A stretch of 64,000 bases of DNA, taken from the NCBI GenBank assembly GCA_010093605.1, contig MU004195.1:1441566-1505565 (forward strand), in the 5' to 3' direction. The notes under the pieces were generated by a model, which saw only the letters and a list, made by a program, of their open reading frames with translations, did no database searches and was not told the origin of the DNA. The position numbers and the translations under genes were made by a program. Shown here one piece after another: positions 38,461-50,188 of the stretch; within the stretch, counting starts at the first letter, position 1, and each line of letters starts with the position of its first letter. This DNA comes from Lophium mytilinum. Lineage: Eukaryota.

Positions 38461-40231
38461 TCAGTAGTCGCTCTTCCACTCATTCTCAATCTCCACCTTC
38501 CACCCCTTCACACTATACACCTTGATCTCCTCCATCCTCGGCCCATCGTCCCGCTCACTCTTTTTGAAATTCATCTTTTGCGCCATCGGCCAACTATCCA
38601 TCCTATCCCCAATGTACAGACACTTGAATGTGAGTTCCAGTTCCTGGAGCCTCGCATTCGTATTGTTGACGAAGAACTGCCTGAACAACTCCGCGGCATA
38701 CTCTTGCGCGAGTCCAATTCGGAGGACGGGAGGGCCCACATTGCCTGCTAAGGCATCAAACTTGTACTTGATGGAGAACTCGTTGGCCTCGATGGGAACG
38801 TGGACAGCGAGGCGGAGGATGGAGAGGTGAGAGAAGCGAGAGAGGATCGCGACGGTGTCTTTGGGCTAGGCGGGGGATGACGTTAGTTGTAAACCTGAAA
38901 CATTTCTAGAAGAGAGGGTAGCTTACCCAGGTGTAAGCTTCACCAACGAGGCGGAGATCTATGTTCATCTCTTCTAAATTGTGAGCTCGTTCGCGTAGTA
39001 GCTCCAGCTTCTCGTTTCCCCATACTGGAGGTTGTTGACGCCGGAATCTGTGGTCTAGAGACGTTGAGAAACGGAGTCTGCGGAGACTTGGGCTGTGCTT
39101 CAGGATTGCGTCAAAGAGAATGTCCCCATTCTTGTCAGTATTGCTGATGTGTAGCTCCTCCAGGGCGTCGATGGCCTCAATGAAATTAACAACGCATCCC
39201 GGATTATCCGTACAAGTAGGTGGGGCGCCGGAATATTCCCTTAGACCCTGGATGAAACTCGTGTGGAAGCACTTCAGGCCGGGCATCTGGCCGTGGAACT
39301 CTTCAAAGAAGGTTTGCGGACAGCCCGACCCGAGATCTAGTCGGCGGAGTTTGGTCCAATCCATACTGCTTCGTAAAATTTGACAATGCTCGCGGCTCCA
39401 GTCGTACTGGGTTGGTATATTGAGCTCTTGCAGAGGAGGTATTTTATCGCCTGGCTGGATAAGCAGGTTTAGGGGATGAACATGGTCTCTGCCTCGCAGG
39501 ATGTCGACCTTGTAAGTCGGATTATTCTCAAATCCACGTCCTTGTGGGTATGAAGGTACGCCATGATGGAAGAATAGTTTCAGGATCCGGAGTCTGTGGC
39601 TCTTCAAAAGGACTTCTTTGAGCTTAGGTAGCTCTGAGTATGCGCCGTTATCGCGTCCTACAGACATATAGAAGACCTCATATGTCAGCGAGTATAGTAG
39701 CGGTGATAAGAGAAGACGCATGTCCATGTTCATTTCCTGATCGTCGGATTTGGCACGGCGTGTGTTATTGACATGGAGCTTCACATCAGGCCAGCTAGTT
39801 TCGAGCTTCGACAGGACGGCTTCAGGAATTGGTTTGTTAGCGTTCCAGTGGAAGTGTTGGAGATGTTTGAAGGCGCCGATAATCTTCCGTATGGTAGAGG
39901 AATCGAAACTATCATGTTTGGCGCTCCACTCGGCAATTCTTAGTTCTCTAACGTGGAGCCATAGATCACGATGTAGGATTTGTTGAATCAGGTTTTCTGT
40001 TTGTTCTAGTTGTCGAGGGCCCTCGTCGCTCAGCTCGATAGAGCCCCATACGAATCGGTCTGTGAGCTTGTTGCACTGCTTCGATACGCGACGTAAATTA
40101 CTCAAAGAAGTCGGTGATTCATCTTGTAGCTATCGAAGGTGATCAAATGTAGACTCAAAAGAATTGATCGTACACCTTACCTGCGAAATGATGATATTAT
40201 GAACATCCTCGTTTAGATCGTTGAAATGCAT
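38461..40231 (-). CDS. F-box/LRR-like hypothetical protein, 3 exons
   Basis: MHFNDLNEDVHNIIISQ|...LSNLRRVSKQC, recurring LxxLxL motifs; donors GTAAGG and GTAAGC. Confidence 0.7.
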
Positions 40232-40737
40232 CGTAGACGACTTTGCGACGGGGCAGACCCGAAGGTAATCCGGGAAAAGGTTTACTTCGTTCGGTGTGTA
40301 AACTGTGAAGGAGGTAGACCTAATTGTTGCAGCAATGATCGAAAACGACAACAGGTTCGCTAGACGCATTGAGCGATAGTACCGGATCAGATGCGCTGAA
40401 GTAAACAAGGGAGGTGTGGTTGGGATGGGGATTATATATAGTGGCGTCAGCAGAGTGTTGCCTACTTCTCAAGGTGGGCTGTGCCCGCATCGTCACGAGA
40501 AATCAGTACGTATGTTTACTAAAACCGGAACCCTAAAGACAAAACAACCCTGACAGCCGAAATATGAAAACCTTGAGTTTAAGGGGGAGGTTCCGTCTTG
40601 TAGGGAAAGGTCTTCGAACTGTGATGACATGGAAAAGTACCCCCAAATATGGTTTAGTTGACACTGCCGCCCACGTGACCTGCTTGGAAGCTGTGAAGAT
40701 TGACTCATTCTGATTGATGTGGTAGTGCCTACATAGA

Positions 40738-42141
40738 TCACATCAAGTTATTCAAAGCTTTTTCAAGACGCGAGATCCGCTTCAAAAACCTTGACTCAGA
40801 ATGCGAAAGACGGCAACTCTGATTATCACCCGACTCTCTCCCAGCCCTCACACAGTCCAGGCAGAGGCCGGTGGTAGTGTCGGTGGCATCGTCGATTTTC
40901 TCTTGTAGTATGCGCTTGATGTCACTTACGACAGTGTTGCCTTTGGTACATATACAATAACCCCGTTGGGTGCAAGTCGGCACAGGTGCGACAAGCTGCG
41001 AGACTTTCTCCTTGATCTCGGACACCGGAAGTTGATCCAATTTCTCAGAGAGCGGCCAGAGACCGACGTTTGACAGATTGTAGTAGAGACTCCCAACAAC
41101 TTGGCGGATACAGACGACATTAGAGGCTAAGACGAACGGTGTGACGGTGGCGTCGAATGCCTGCAATAGAACTTTGCGTAAATCGTTTCGTTTACTTTCG
41201 ATCTCATCTGGAAGTTCTTAGCCTCTATAATATAGACTCACGTTCGTTTCGGACTGTGAAAAATGATTTGCGACCAATTGGAGAGATTCGAGAATCTACA
41301 GTCCTAGGCCACAAGTCTGGGCACACGGACTCGGCTCCAATTTGCCCACTCAACACCACTGTGGGGGGTAGCTTGACTGCTGAACAGGCAACTAGTCAAG
41401 AGGCAGTCTAATCTGCACTGCTTGAAGTTTGACACTGCCCTTGAGTATTTGAAACCCTGTGAGGTACCCCAAGCAGTGGCGTACCAGTGGGGCCAGACTT
41501 GTGGCCTGTCACTGTACAAACCAGTGTATATAGATTCATGTTCAGACAATGTAGAAAAGAAAGTTCGACTGCTTACCAGTAAGACCATCTGGGAGCATTT
41601 CGTACCCAGGGAAAGCATCGAATTTGAGTGGCTCGGGATGGTTATCCACCAAGGCCTTTGTAACCTTTGCAAACGCTTCTGGGAGGTCGAGACCGTATGT
41701 CACAAAAAGAAGCTTCTCAAATCCCTCGCTCCCGGCATGAGGAAGCCATTCAGAGGTCCAGAGCAGACTCCAAGGCTTCACGGGCCCAGCGCAGTCATAT
41801 TTGTCGCATAAGATAGCAAGCTCAGCTAAAGCGGCTACGTCGCGCTCCATTGGAATTGAACTCGTGCGAAAATGGAGGATATGGCAGAGCAAGGTCATAG
41901 CAGGCGGGTCGTCGTCCGGCAATGGGATGAGGCGCGGTGACTTGGAGGTCAATCCCTCTCCTTCTGAGAAGCCATGCGTAAACATAGCGTTGAAGACGGA
42001 GGACGCGAGGCTGAGAACTTTCGAAGAAACGAGTAGATGAGCCGTCAGGTCTTCGGAGCCAAGTTCTAATAGGACGTCCCCATTCTTATCCATCACAGTG
42101 GTTCCAGGAGGATGCACATGGTCTCCAGGTCTCGTAGCCAT
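40738..42141 (-). CDS. BTB/POZ domain protein; exons 42141-41577, 41207-40738
   Basis: DKNGDVLL, LVSSKVLSLASSVFNAMF...FSEG, LPDDDP, LAILCDKYDC, C-terminal GLCLDC; intron 41208-41576 gives in-frame GLT-D-EIESKR. Confidence 0.8.
41299..41514. mobile_element. 216-bp Tc1/mariner-type MITE inside the BTB gene intron
   Basis: Terminal inverted repeats CAGTCCTAGGCCACAAGTCTGG and CAGTGACAGGCCACAAGTCTGG (19/22 identical), each flanked by TA (41297-41298 and 41515-41516). Confidence 0.75.
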
Positions 42142-42580
42142 TTTGATAGTCTCAAGTACGGATGCTAGCCTGCCGGGACTCGAAGGAGACAAAAGGTTGA
42201 ATGTACTGACGTTTTGAAGGCTTTGGGTGGGGATTGAATGTCGAATTAACCTCGCAGTAATGACGAGTCGGTACAGATTGAAGAAGAAGCGCGATACTTC
42301 TGAATGTGCATTCTTCAGCCTTCCAGCCTTCAGCGAGCCGTGGACCAGGTCATACACTCATCTTGGCAGAGGCGGAGGGCTGCATGAACGCTGGCCAATC
42401 ACGATACATGACCTGCAACAAACAATTCGGTCTCCCGACGACGTGCGAGATCGGTGGTGGAAACATGCCGGATATCTGGCCCTCATTCAAACGAATCTGA
42501 TGTTGTGTTGGTGCTGGTGAGCGGCCCGACGTCTTCGAACTTTCTCTCCACTTCGTTCCGTCCAAGCTTCTTCCGCCAGG

Positions 42581-43945
42581 ATGCGCTTCAAAGCGTCGAT
42601 CCAAAATATCTCGATATTTACCAGTATGCCAGCCCTTTACCACACCCTCGAAATCTATCTGACGCGTAAATCGCAGAGCTTACCGCGTCGCTGAACTCGC
42701 TGGGCAACTTTGCGTGGGTCAAGCTCAGCGACAACCAGGTCTGCTTCACCATTATCCCGGAGCAGGGCACACAAGTTTGGGCGTAAGTTTGCCTTGAGGA
42801 CATCGCGTAGATCAAATAAGCTGACCTGTTATTTCTATAGCGTGCTATCCATAGTAAGGGATCCTCTACAGATGCTTGTAGCTCCCATTGACCACCCCGC
42901 CCACGCGTAGGACTCCATATTCGAAGTCTACAACATCCAATCCGCGGCCAACAATGTGGTCAACCTCGAAGTTCCCCTCGCCCCTCTCACCACCGCCCTC
43001 CGATCGGCCCTCCAAGCCACCTCTGCCTCAATACGCCTGACGAAGAAGGACAACATCCCCCTCCTCGCCCTCACCATCGTCACGAACTCCTCCATAAACC
43101 CACGCGGCGCAATTAGTACAACAGGCAACAGTCAGGAGGACAGTGCCTTTGGCAATGGCTACGAGGAGTCTGCCTTTGGCCGCGAGCGCGAAACCATCGT
43201 GACTCAAGAGATCCCAGTAAAAGTGCTGAGCGCCGACTCGGTGTCCGGATTGCATGAGCCACGGTGCCGCGAACCAGATGTGCACATCATGTTACCTCCG
43301 CTGGCGCAGATTAAGGGCATTAGTGACCGGTTCACGAAGCTAGCGTCTGGAGGGGCGAAGCCAGGCGCGGGAATGACGGCGGCGAATGCGCCTCGCTCGC
43401 GGCTAGAACTGTCTGCGAACATGCACGGGTGCTTGAAGCTGAGCATTCGGACGGACGCGATGAACATCAGTAGCGTGTGGACCGGGTTGACGAACCCTGA
43501 GCTCGATCCGAGTCAAGTGCAAGGAGGAGAGGAAGGCATTGCGGAGCATCCCAGCACGCGGATGAAGGCGCTCGGGAGTGCAGACGGGCGCAGCGACCAA
43601 GGTTGGGCAACTGTTCGGATTGATGGTCGAGATTGGGGGAAAGTGATGTCAGTCGGACGTCTGGGTGGCAGAGTCATTGCGTGTGAGTAGAAAAATTGCC
43701 GCCGGCCGCTTTGGAGACCGTCCATCTTTCAATGAGGGCCAATCGAACTGACAGCACCGCAGGCTTCTGTCATGAACATGCGTTGATCCTCTACGTCTAC
43801 CTTCCGAATGACAATGAAGGGGAGGATGAGTCGGTGTTGACCGTAAGTGGAGCTGCTTCATAGCCCCTTCGAAATATGTCACTTTTGCAATCCGAATATG
43901 CCTGACCGGAAGCCTTAGTACTACATGAGCTCCTACAGCGCTTAA
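42581..43945 (+). CDS. HUS1: 9-1-1 checkpoint clamp subunit Hus1/Mec3, 6 exons
   Basis: MRFKASIQN, FTIIPEQGTQVWA, YNIQSAANNVVNLEVPL, ELSANMHG, FCHEHALILYVYL, YYMSSYSA*. Confidence 0.9.
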
Positions 43946-44960
43946 CGAGCGAAGCGCGGCCTACCACCATACCCGAGGCACGAAGTTTTCGATAGTATCT
44001 CTCTCCTCGATCTATGAAACGATGGAATGACGATGAAAAGATGCCCTGTGGCTGGCATTCGTCCAAACCCATAATGATATCCAAAACAAAATATACAAGT
44101 ACAGAAATCCTTCTCATTCCCAGCATAACACTACACCGGAGTGCCCATCCCTCGCAACACAACCCCTCGGCCTTCCCCAAGATCCCGAGTACGTAGAAAA
44201 CACATCTCAGGCCCCCACCCACCGCGCCCCCTCCCGCGCAACAACGACGTCAACACACCAGCCCCCGCCAGTCTGCCTTAACCCTCCAAAATAACCCACG
44301 TAACACAGACTCCCAGTCGTCCAGTCACCGCACGGTTGCAAGTGGCTGTTCACTCTCCCCAACCACGGGACACACACCCGCGCCTCAGCCACTCCGTGGC
44401 CAGACCGCGGCACAGCACGAACCTCAACATCCCCGGAAGGGATCGCGTAAATTTCCCATCGACGCCGCATGCACAGGGGACGCTTACCCGCACGCCACAC
44501 CTTGTTTTTTTTGCCGCGAGCGTGACGGGTTGCTGTTCCGGGAGGGGTGCCTGGCGGAGCCGCGCTGGGTGTCAGCTGTAAGGCTGAAGGATGCGGATCC
44601 TGGGCGGAGGATGATTTGTCTCAGGAGGCGGGCCTGGCCGCGAGTGATGGCTGCATGTTGGCGGCTTACTAACGTAGGGCTGAGCACGCACGGGGTTCGT
44701 GGAGGAAACAAACGCGGGTCAGTATTATGGCCCGCTGCGATGATGGTGGAAGTATATGCGTGGGCGAAGAGCATTCCTACATTCGAGCGGATGTCTGTAA
44801 GGTGGACTCACGGCCGCGGAGTGGGTGGATTTGCTTACAAATCGAGACCACGGCTCTTCAAGGTCCTTGTGCGATATACATCTTGCCGCAAATGTTGAGT
44901 GAATACGGAGTTGGTCAGTCCTCTCTTCGTCCCGCGTCTATATACTACCAAGCGTTTAAA

Positions 44961-45344
44961 ATGCACCAGCTCGAGTTCCCAACCGCTCCTCCTAACCTCC
45001 CCAACCCCTCCACTTCCGCCGCGGAGAACGCTCCCTGGTGCCTCATCGGGCCTGGGATCTGGGAACTGCCCCTCAACAGCTCTGCTCCCTCTTCTTTTGT
45101 GAAAGAGAGGTCTGTCCTGCAGTACTACGAACCGCACACTCCATCTGTTACAGATGCTATTATCACGCACACGTATATTGAAGAGGTGGTGATCTTGTCT
45201 GGAAGCTTGACGGATGTCAAGAAGGGGATTGCGGCGGTGCAGGGGAGCTATGCGTATAGGGAGCCGGGGATGGAGCATGGACCGTATAGAGCAGGGGAAG
45301 AGGGGGTGTTGCAATTTGTTAAGGTGAGAGGTGAGGGGGTGTGA
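44961..45344 (+). CDS. ChrR-like cupin domain protein
   Basis: THTYIEEVVILSGSLTD...GSYAYREPGMEHGPY. Confidence 0.75.
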   Translation: MHQLEFPTAPPNLPNPSTSAAENAPWCLIGPGIWELPLNSSAPSSFVKERSVLQYYEPHTPSVTDAIITHTYIEEVVILSGSLTDVKKGIAAVQGSYAYREPGMEHGPYRAGEEGVLQFVKVRGEGV

Positions 45345-48300
45345 GGTTGAGGTGAAGGAGGAGGTGGGAGATTGGGTTTGAGAGTGGGATTTGGGGAAGT
45401 GGAGAGGAAGAATGAAAGAGAGAGCTATGAGAGAGAGGCGAGTTTGAAAGGAAGAGGGGTAATAAGAGAGATGGGAGTTGAGAGAGAAGGCAGGATGAGA
45501 GAATGGGGGTAAATGCACGAGAGAAGAATCAGATGGAGGGAGGAGTTGGAGAGGAAGATTAGTGAACTGTTTGGGATGTCAGGGACGGATGTCTATAACG
45601 CCGCCTATGACGCCGGCGCAGTTTGCGGACCGAGCCGTTTCGTATTCGGCTCGATGGATGGGTCTTGAGGGTTAAGGGTGCCTTGCGGCCTGGGCTAGAG
45701 AAAACGGTGTTCGTGATACACCGCGTTCGCATTCCTTTTGACGTCAGATGTTGGAGTTGGAGCCGGGTTCGTTTCAGGCACGGACGCGATGTGCTATACC
45801 CACTACTGCCTCATCTCATCCTTTCCGTTTTGCATGTCGAGGCTATGACTCTATTTGCGTATGGCACAACGCAGGCACAGCGCGGTGCAGTCACCGTACA
45901 ACCCACCAGCCTCGCCAATGCCACCTTCTCGAACTTAGCAACTCCCGAAACGAGTTTCCAGTGGACTCACCTCCATCTCGGATATCAATAAATTAGCTGC
46001 TATATTCCCACAATGGCTAATGATCAAGATTATCCGAGCGGCCGCTTCACATGCCGCATTCCACGAATTTACCCGGTGTGACAACCGATTCGCTTCCGCA
46101 ACTGCGGCTCGTGTCTGTGTCTGCTGCAAGCCTCCCGCGCCCGCAGTCCGTACCTGAGCCGTACCGCCCGATCTGCCACCAGCGACCGGGGCTGCTGATC
46201 GAGGAAGTGGCGACAAGCTGAAACGAAATTGAGTACCTAGTAGTGGGAACCGTTGCTTAGCGGCAACGGCGACTAGATCTCGGTGGCGTCAATCGAATCG
46301 GATTCCCCGCATCCTGAATGATGATGACACTTGACCATGGCGGCCGCACGTCTGTGTTTGGAGTTATGATGCGACCCGGGTAGAGATTTGGTATTGAGTC
46401 AATGGCGTATGTTGTGTCATGGAAGCCTCGTCTGCCCTTGCTGTGGAACAGAAGATGGAAGGTTTCTCGTGGAACAGAACACCTTTGTAGAACAGAAAAT
46501 GGAAGAGTGTGACGAATTTCAAATCGGGAAGGCAGGGGTTGACAAGGGAGTACAGGTGATGCGATGGCATTACCTACTCCTTCTACCAAGTTTCAAGTAT
46601 TGGCCCATACCTTTGGACGAATAAATTAATCCTACCCCCACGAAACATCCTCAGGAAGATCAAACGAGTGATACTGCACGCTTTACTAAAACCAACAGTG
46701 GTAGTATGCGCGCGTAGGGGCTAGAAATGAATGGAATGATCTCCGAGAAAGAGAGAGTGCGGGTAAAGACAGTCAAAAATAAGTCAGCAGCTTTGAAACC
46801 ACAGAAATTTTGGCCCCCAAAATAGAATCTCGAGACTCGCCGTGGCTGGTGAGGTGGGATGTCATGGTGGTGAGCCACATCCCCGTCCATTTTCAGCACA
46901 AATGTCGCATAAATAGCTCGGAACGCCACTCCCTTCAGCCAATGGCGGAGATCTCGGTGGCCGGATTGAGCTCAAATGTCCCTTAATATGCACCAAAACG
47001 GAATATGAGGTGCACAGCCCGGGTCAGCCCTAGCGTTAGGGGCGGCAGGGGCATCGCGCTTGTTACAGCCTATGAAGGAAAATCAAAGCGTGTAAAGGGT
47101 TATTTTGGGTGGGTACCTGCAGCGCCCATCCTCTCCATCGGGCTCCAGCCTCGACCCGGGGACGGGGAAAGGATACCGGTGCAGGTTTGGCCCTGTTTGG
47201 ATGCTGCGAGACTCGAGAGCCTGGCTCCTTGCTTCGTTGTGCGGCTCGTGCGTGCATACGTCTATCGACATTCAATCTATGTGTCCGGAATGGAGCAGTG
47301 GTGTCTGCCTTCACTGCGATACTTGGCCCCCATGGATAGAGTGCACCCTGTGGTAATACAAGTAGGGGGCTCCCCCTCCACCTCCAGCGGGCACCTCGTG
47401 GCTCCAGTCGCACAAGCAAGGCGTCCCTTTGGCACGGGGAAAGTGTCTCAATTGTCTTGGAGTCGTTTGGAGCCGCGATTGGCATCTGTGTTAGACAAGG
47501 GAGAGCGATGGAGACCCGGTCGGCCGGCCGCAGCCCTCTATTGCTTCGTTAGGATCCCGAGTATTGGCTGTGATTCGCAGGGCACGATTTGGGATCTCGG
47601 AAGATGGCATTATTTTAGGAATGTAGCAGAGTGCGTCGGCCCATTAGCTGTTCAAGGCTGCGCGCCGGTGACGGTGGAAGCTGGATAGACGCAGGTACAG
47701 CAAGAAGGCTCTCAGCAAACACAGAGACGAGTAGATTGAGGCTCGTGTGGCGCGAAGAAGATGCGCGCTCTCTCACCGACTAGAGTGGTTGTCGCCGAGC
47801 GCTGCGCAGTCGGGATCGCAGAACCGCCTACCGAGCTGAGAGTCTAGAGCACGGATCTCGATCCAACGCTGCGATGCAGTGCTGAAAGAACGAAACAATG
47901 GGAGAGGCCAGCTGTGATGATGCGCTTCTTGGTACTGTACAAGAGGAGACGCCGGGCAACGGGACTGGTCCATTGCAGATCGCCGTTCACATGCCGGCTT
48001 CATGCGCATGCAGGTATGACAGGTCGGCGATGAGTCTTTGACAGCCTCAGGCGCACTCGGATGCCCTCTCACAAGAATGCTCTGGTGGACGGCGAGGCTT
48101 CAATAGGGGGGGAGCGATGGCCAGGTGAGCGATGAAGTCAGAGAAGGAGTGAATGCAACACTCGCATGGAGTTCCTGCTCGCATTCCTATCGCGGCAAGT
48201 ATCGACGGCGAAGGATCTCTGGTTGCACCCACAGTGTGGAACGACGCCGATCAAACGCTTCCCCGGCCACGTTGCGAGATCCGGCGGTGGGTAGTGCAAC

Positions 48301-49039
48301 GGCGGCATCCCTGCGCGCAAACGCAGTGAATACAAGGGCCTCGAGGGCATGACTGTGCCGCCCAGGCCAATGCCATTCACTCAACACCACCTGCACACAA
48401 GCGCGCTGGATCAAGAGGCGTTCGATCCATCCCGCGCCTGTCGCAATGCCCGATCGCCTCGCCGCACCGAGCGTGAATTGATGCCTCCGGTTCCGTCTCC
48501 GACTCTCTCCATCCATCTAGTACCTCTCCCAGGCTCCCGTCCCGTCCGTCGCGCCTCTCCGCGCCGCGCACGAGAAGCACAACGGCCGCCGCAGAGCAGC
48601 TCGCACAGCGTCACACGTCGGATTCGTGATTTGAAATTAGGATTTCGAGCACCTGGAATCCTGGATTGCCTCCAGGGCCACGGCTCACCTCACCCGCACC
48701 CATGCGCAGCTCTTCCATCCCACGCTGCCCCGAAGCGCCAGGGCTGAACCAGGGTCTCAGCGCCGCCGCATCCACTCCAGCGGGAGGCTTGTCAGGGCTT
48801 GTCCCCATAGCCACAACCCACTGCTCCCCTCACACCTGCACCCACCGCTCGTCCAACGGCTTCGACGCCGCCATCGCGAGGAAACGGGGCTTGGCCAGTG
48901 CAGGTGCCCTTTGCAACCGCTATGCACAGAACCACCCTTGTGTCTCCCGCAGGGGTCGAGAGTAATGCCCGTCCGCTGAGGCTACCCTCCCTCCCCTAGT
49001 GCCAGGCACCGATTGTGTAAAAGCACGCGCCAGAGGTGG

Positions 49040-49047
49040 ATATAAAG
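49040..49047 (+). promoter_or_regulatory. Putative TATA box upstream of the MGRGGYN mini-ORFs (second TATAAA at ~49287)
   Basis: ATATAAAG followed by a pyrimidine/CA-rich ATG-free leader typical of strongly expressed fungal genes. Confidence 0.45.
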
Positions 49048-49490
49048 GCAGAGTCCCCAGTTGTGGCCTGGAGAGTCATCATCATCACCACCAAGCATTC
49101 ATCCATCCATCCATCCCACGCACCACACACACACAGCATCCAGTTACACGCCTCGCACGCGCGTTTCATTGTCTCGGCCTTCCATCCTTGCGCTTCCACT
49201 TGCTCTGCTCTGTTGCCTTCTCCTTGGGGTCATTTTCTATTCCGAGCGGCCTCCGCCTCTGCTGTCTTCTACTGCGTTCTCTGCTTTATAAACAGCGTCT
49301 CCTTGAGTCATTTGCTTCCATCCATCACATCTCAACTTCCATCGGTCCTCAAGGCATCACATCTTCTCTACACATCACCGCATCTCCGTCTCAGCGTTCT
49401 AGTCCGCAGTCACATATCATCGTCGTCACTTCAAGCATAGCAATCATATCGTCCTTCTCAACCATCTTCATCAACATCTTCATATTCTCC

Positions 49491-49514
49491 ATGGGTCGCG
49501 GCGGCTACAACTAG
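49491..49514 (+). CDS. Putative micropeptide MGRGGYN, copy 1
   Basis: ATG GGT CGC GGC GGC TAC AAC TAG; the first ATG in >500 nt; the same peptide is encoded again 137 nt downstream. Confidence 0.55.
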   Translation: MGRGGYN

Positions 49515-49627
49515 ACGCTTTCCACCAGATCACACAAGTTCAGCAGGACCAGACGACACCAAGCCCACGCACCAAGCCAAGAGGCGCCCTACACTACCCA
49601 CAACCACCACCCGTCCCAGCCATCATC

Positions 49628-49651
49628 ATGGGCCGCGGCGGATACAACTAG
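49628..49651 (+). CDS. Putative micropeptide MGRGGYN, copy 2
   Basis: ATG GGC CGC GGC GGA TAC AAC TAG; strong context (ATC-ATG-G); differs from copy 1 only at two synonymous Gly third positions. Confidence 0.55.
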   Translation: MGRGGYN

Positions 49652-50188
49652 AGGACCGGAAATCCGGAGTTCCAACACCCCACTCAACACCCGACCGCAT
49701 ATCGCAGCGGTCAACTACCACAATTCCCACTCCATGATATTATAACCACATCCCACGCGGCTTTGTATATATGGCGGCTTCTTCATATTCCCATTCTTAC
49801 CAGCACAATGACGACGATAAACGGGGCGGTTTTCGGGAGGAGGGAGTGAGGTGGATGCGGCGGCGGAGGAAGGAGGAGGTTGTAGAGCGTTCTGATTTCG
49901 ATTTCCCTTCTTGTTCTTCAGCATTGCGAGCGGTCCAGCGATTTGGGCTAGAGGTTTCTTTTGCGCAGCGTTCTTGTCTTTTTCCTTCTCTCTGCGTTTC
50001 TTCCGGCATTGTTCCTGTTTTCCAGCGAGCATTGCTACGGCACGGCTATTTCGTCTTTCCTACTCAATCTGCATTTCCTGCCTGCTATTCCTGCGTTTCC
50101 CGCTTTGCATTTGTTGTCGCATTCGCATTTAGCCCTCTATTCCATATCCCATATCCAAATTCGAACCTCGTGTCGCCCGACCCGGCTA

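Noticed and set aside
47005..47688. 227-aa ORF in the long intergenic region
   Set aside because: No recognisable domain or coding-like composition; one of several overlapping chance ORFs.
48999..49514. 171-aa ORF ending in ...FSMGRGGYN
   Set aside because: It starts at GTG upstream of the TATA box and reads as translated low-complexity leader; the only ATG is the one opening MGRGGYN.
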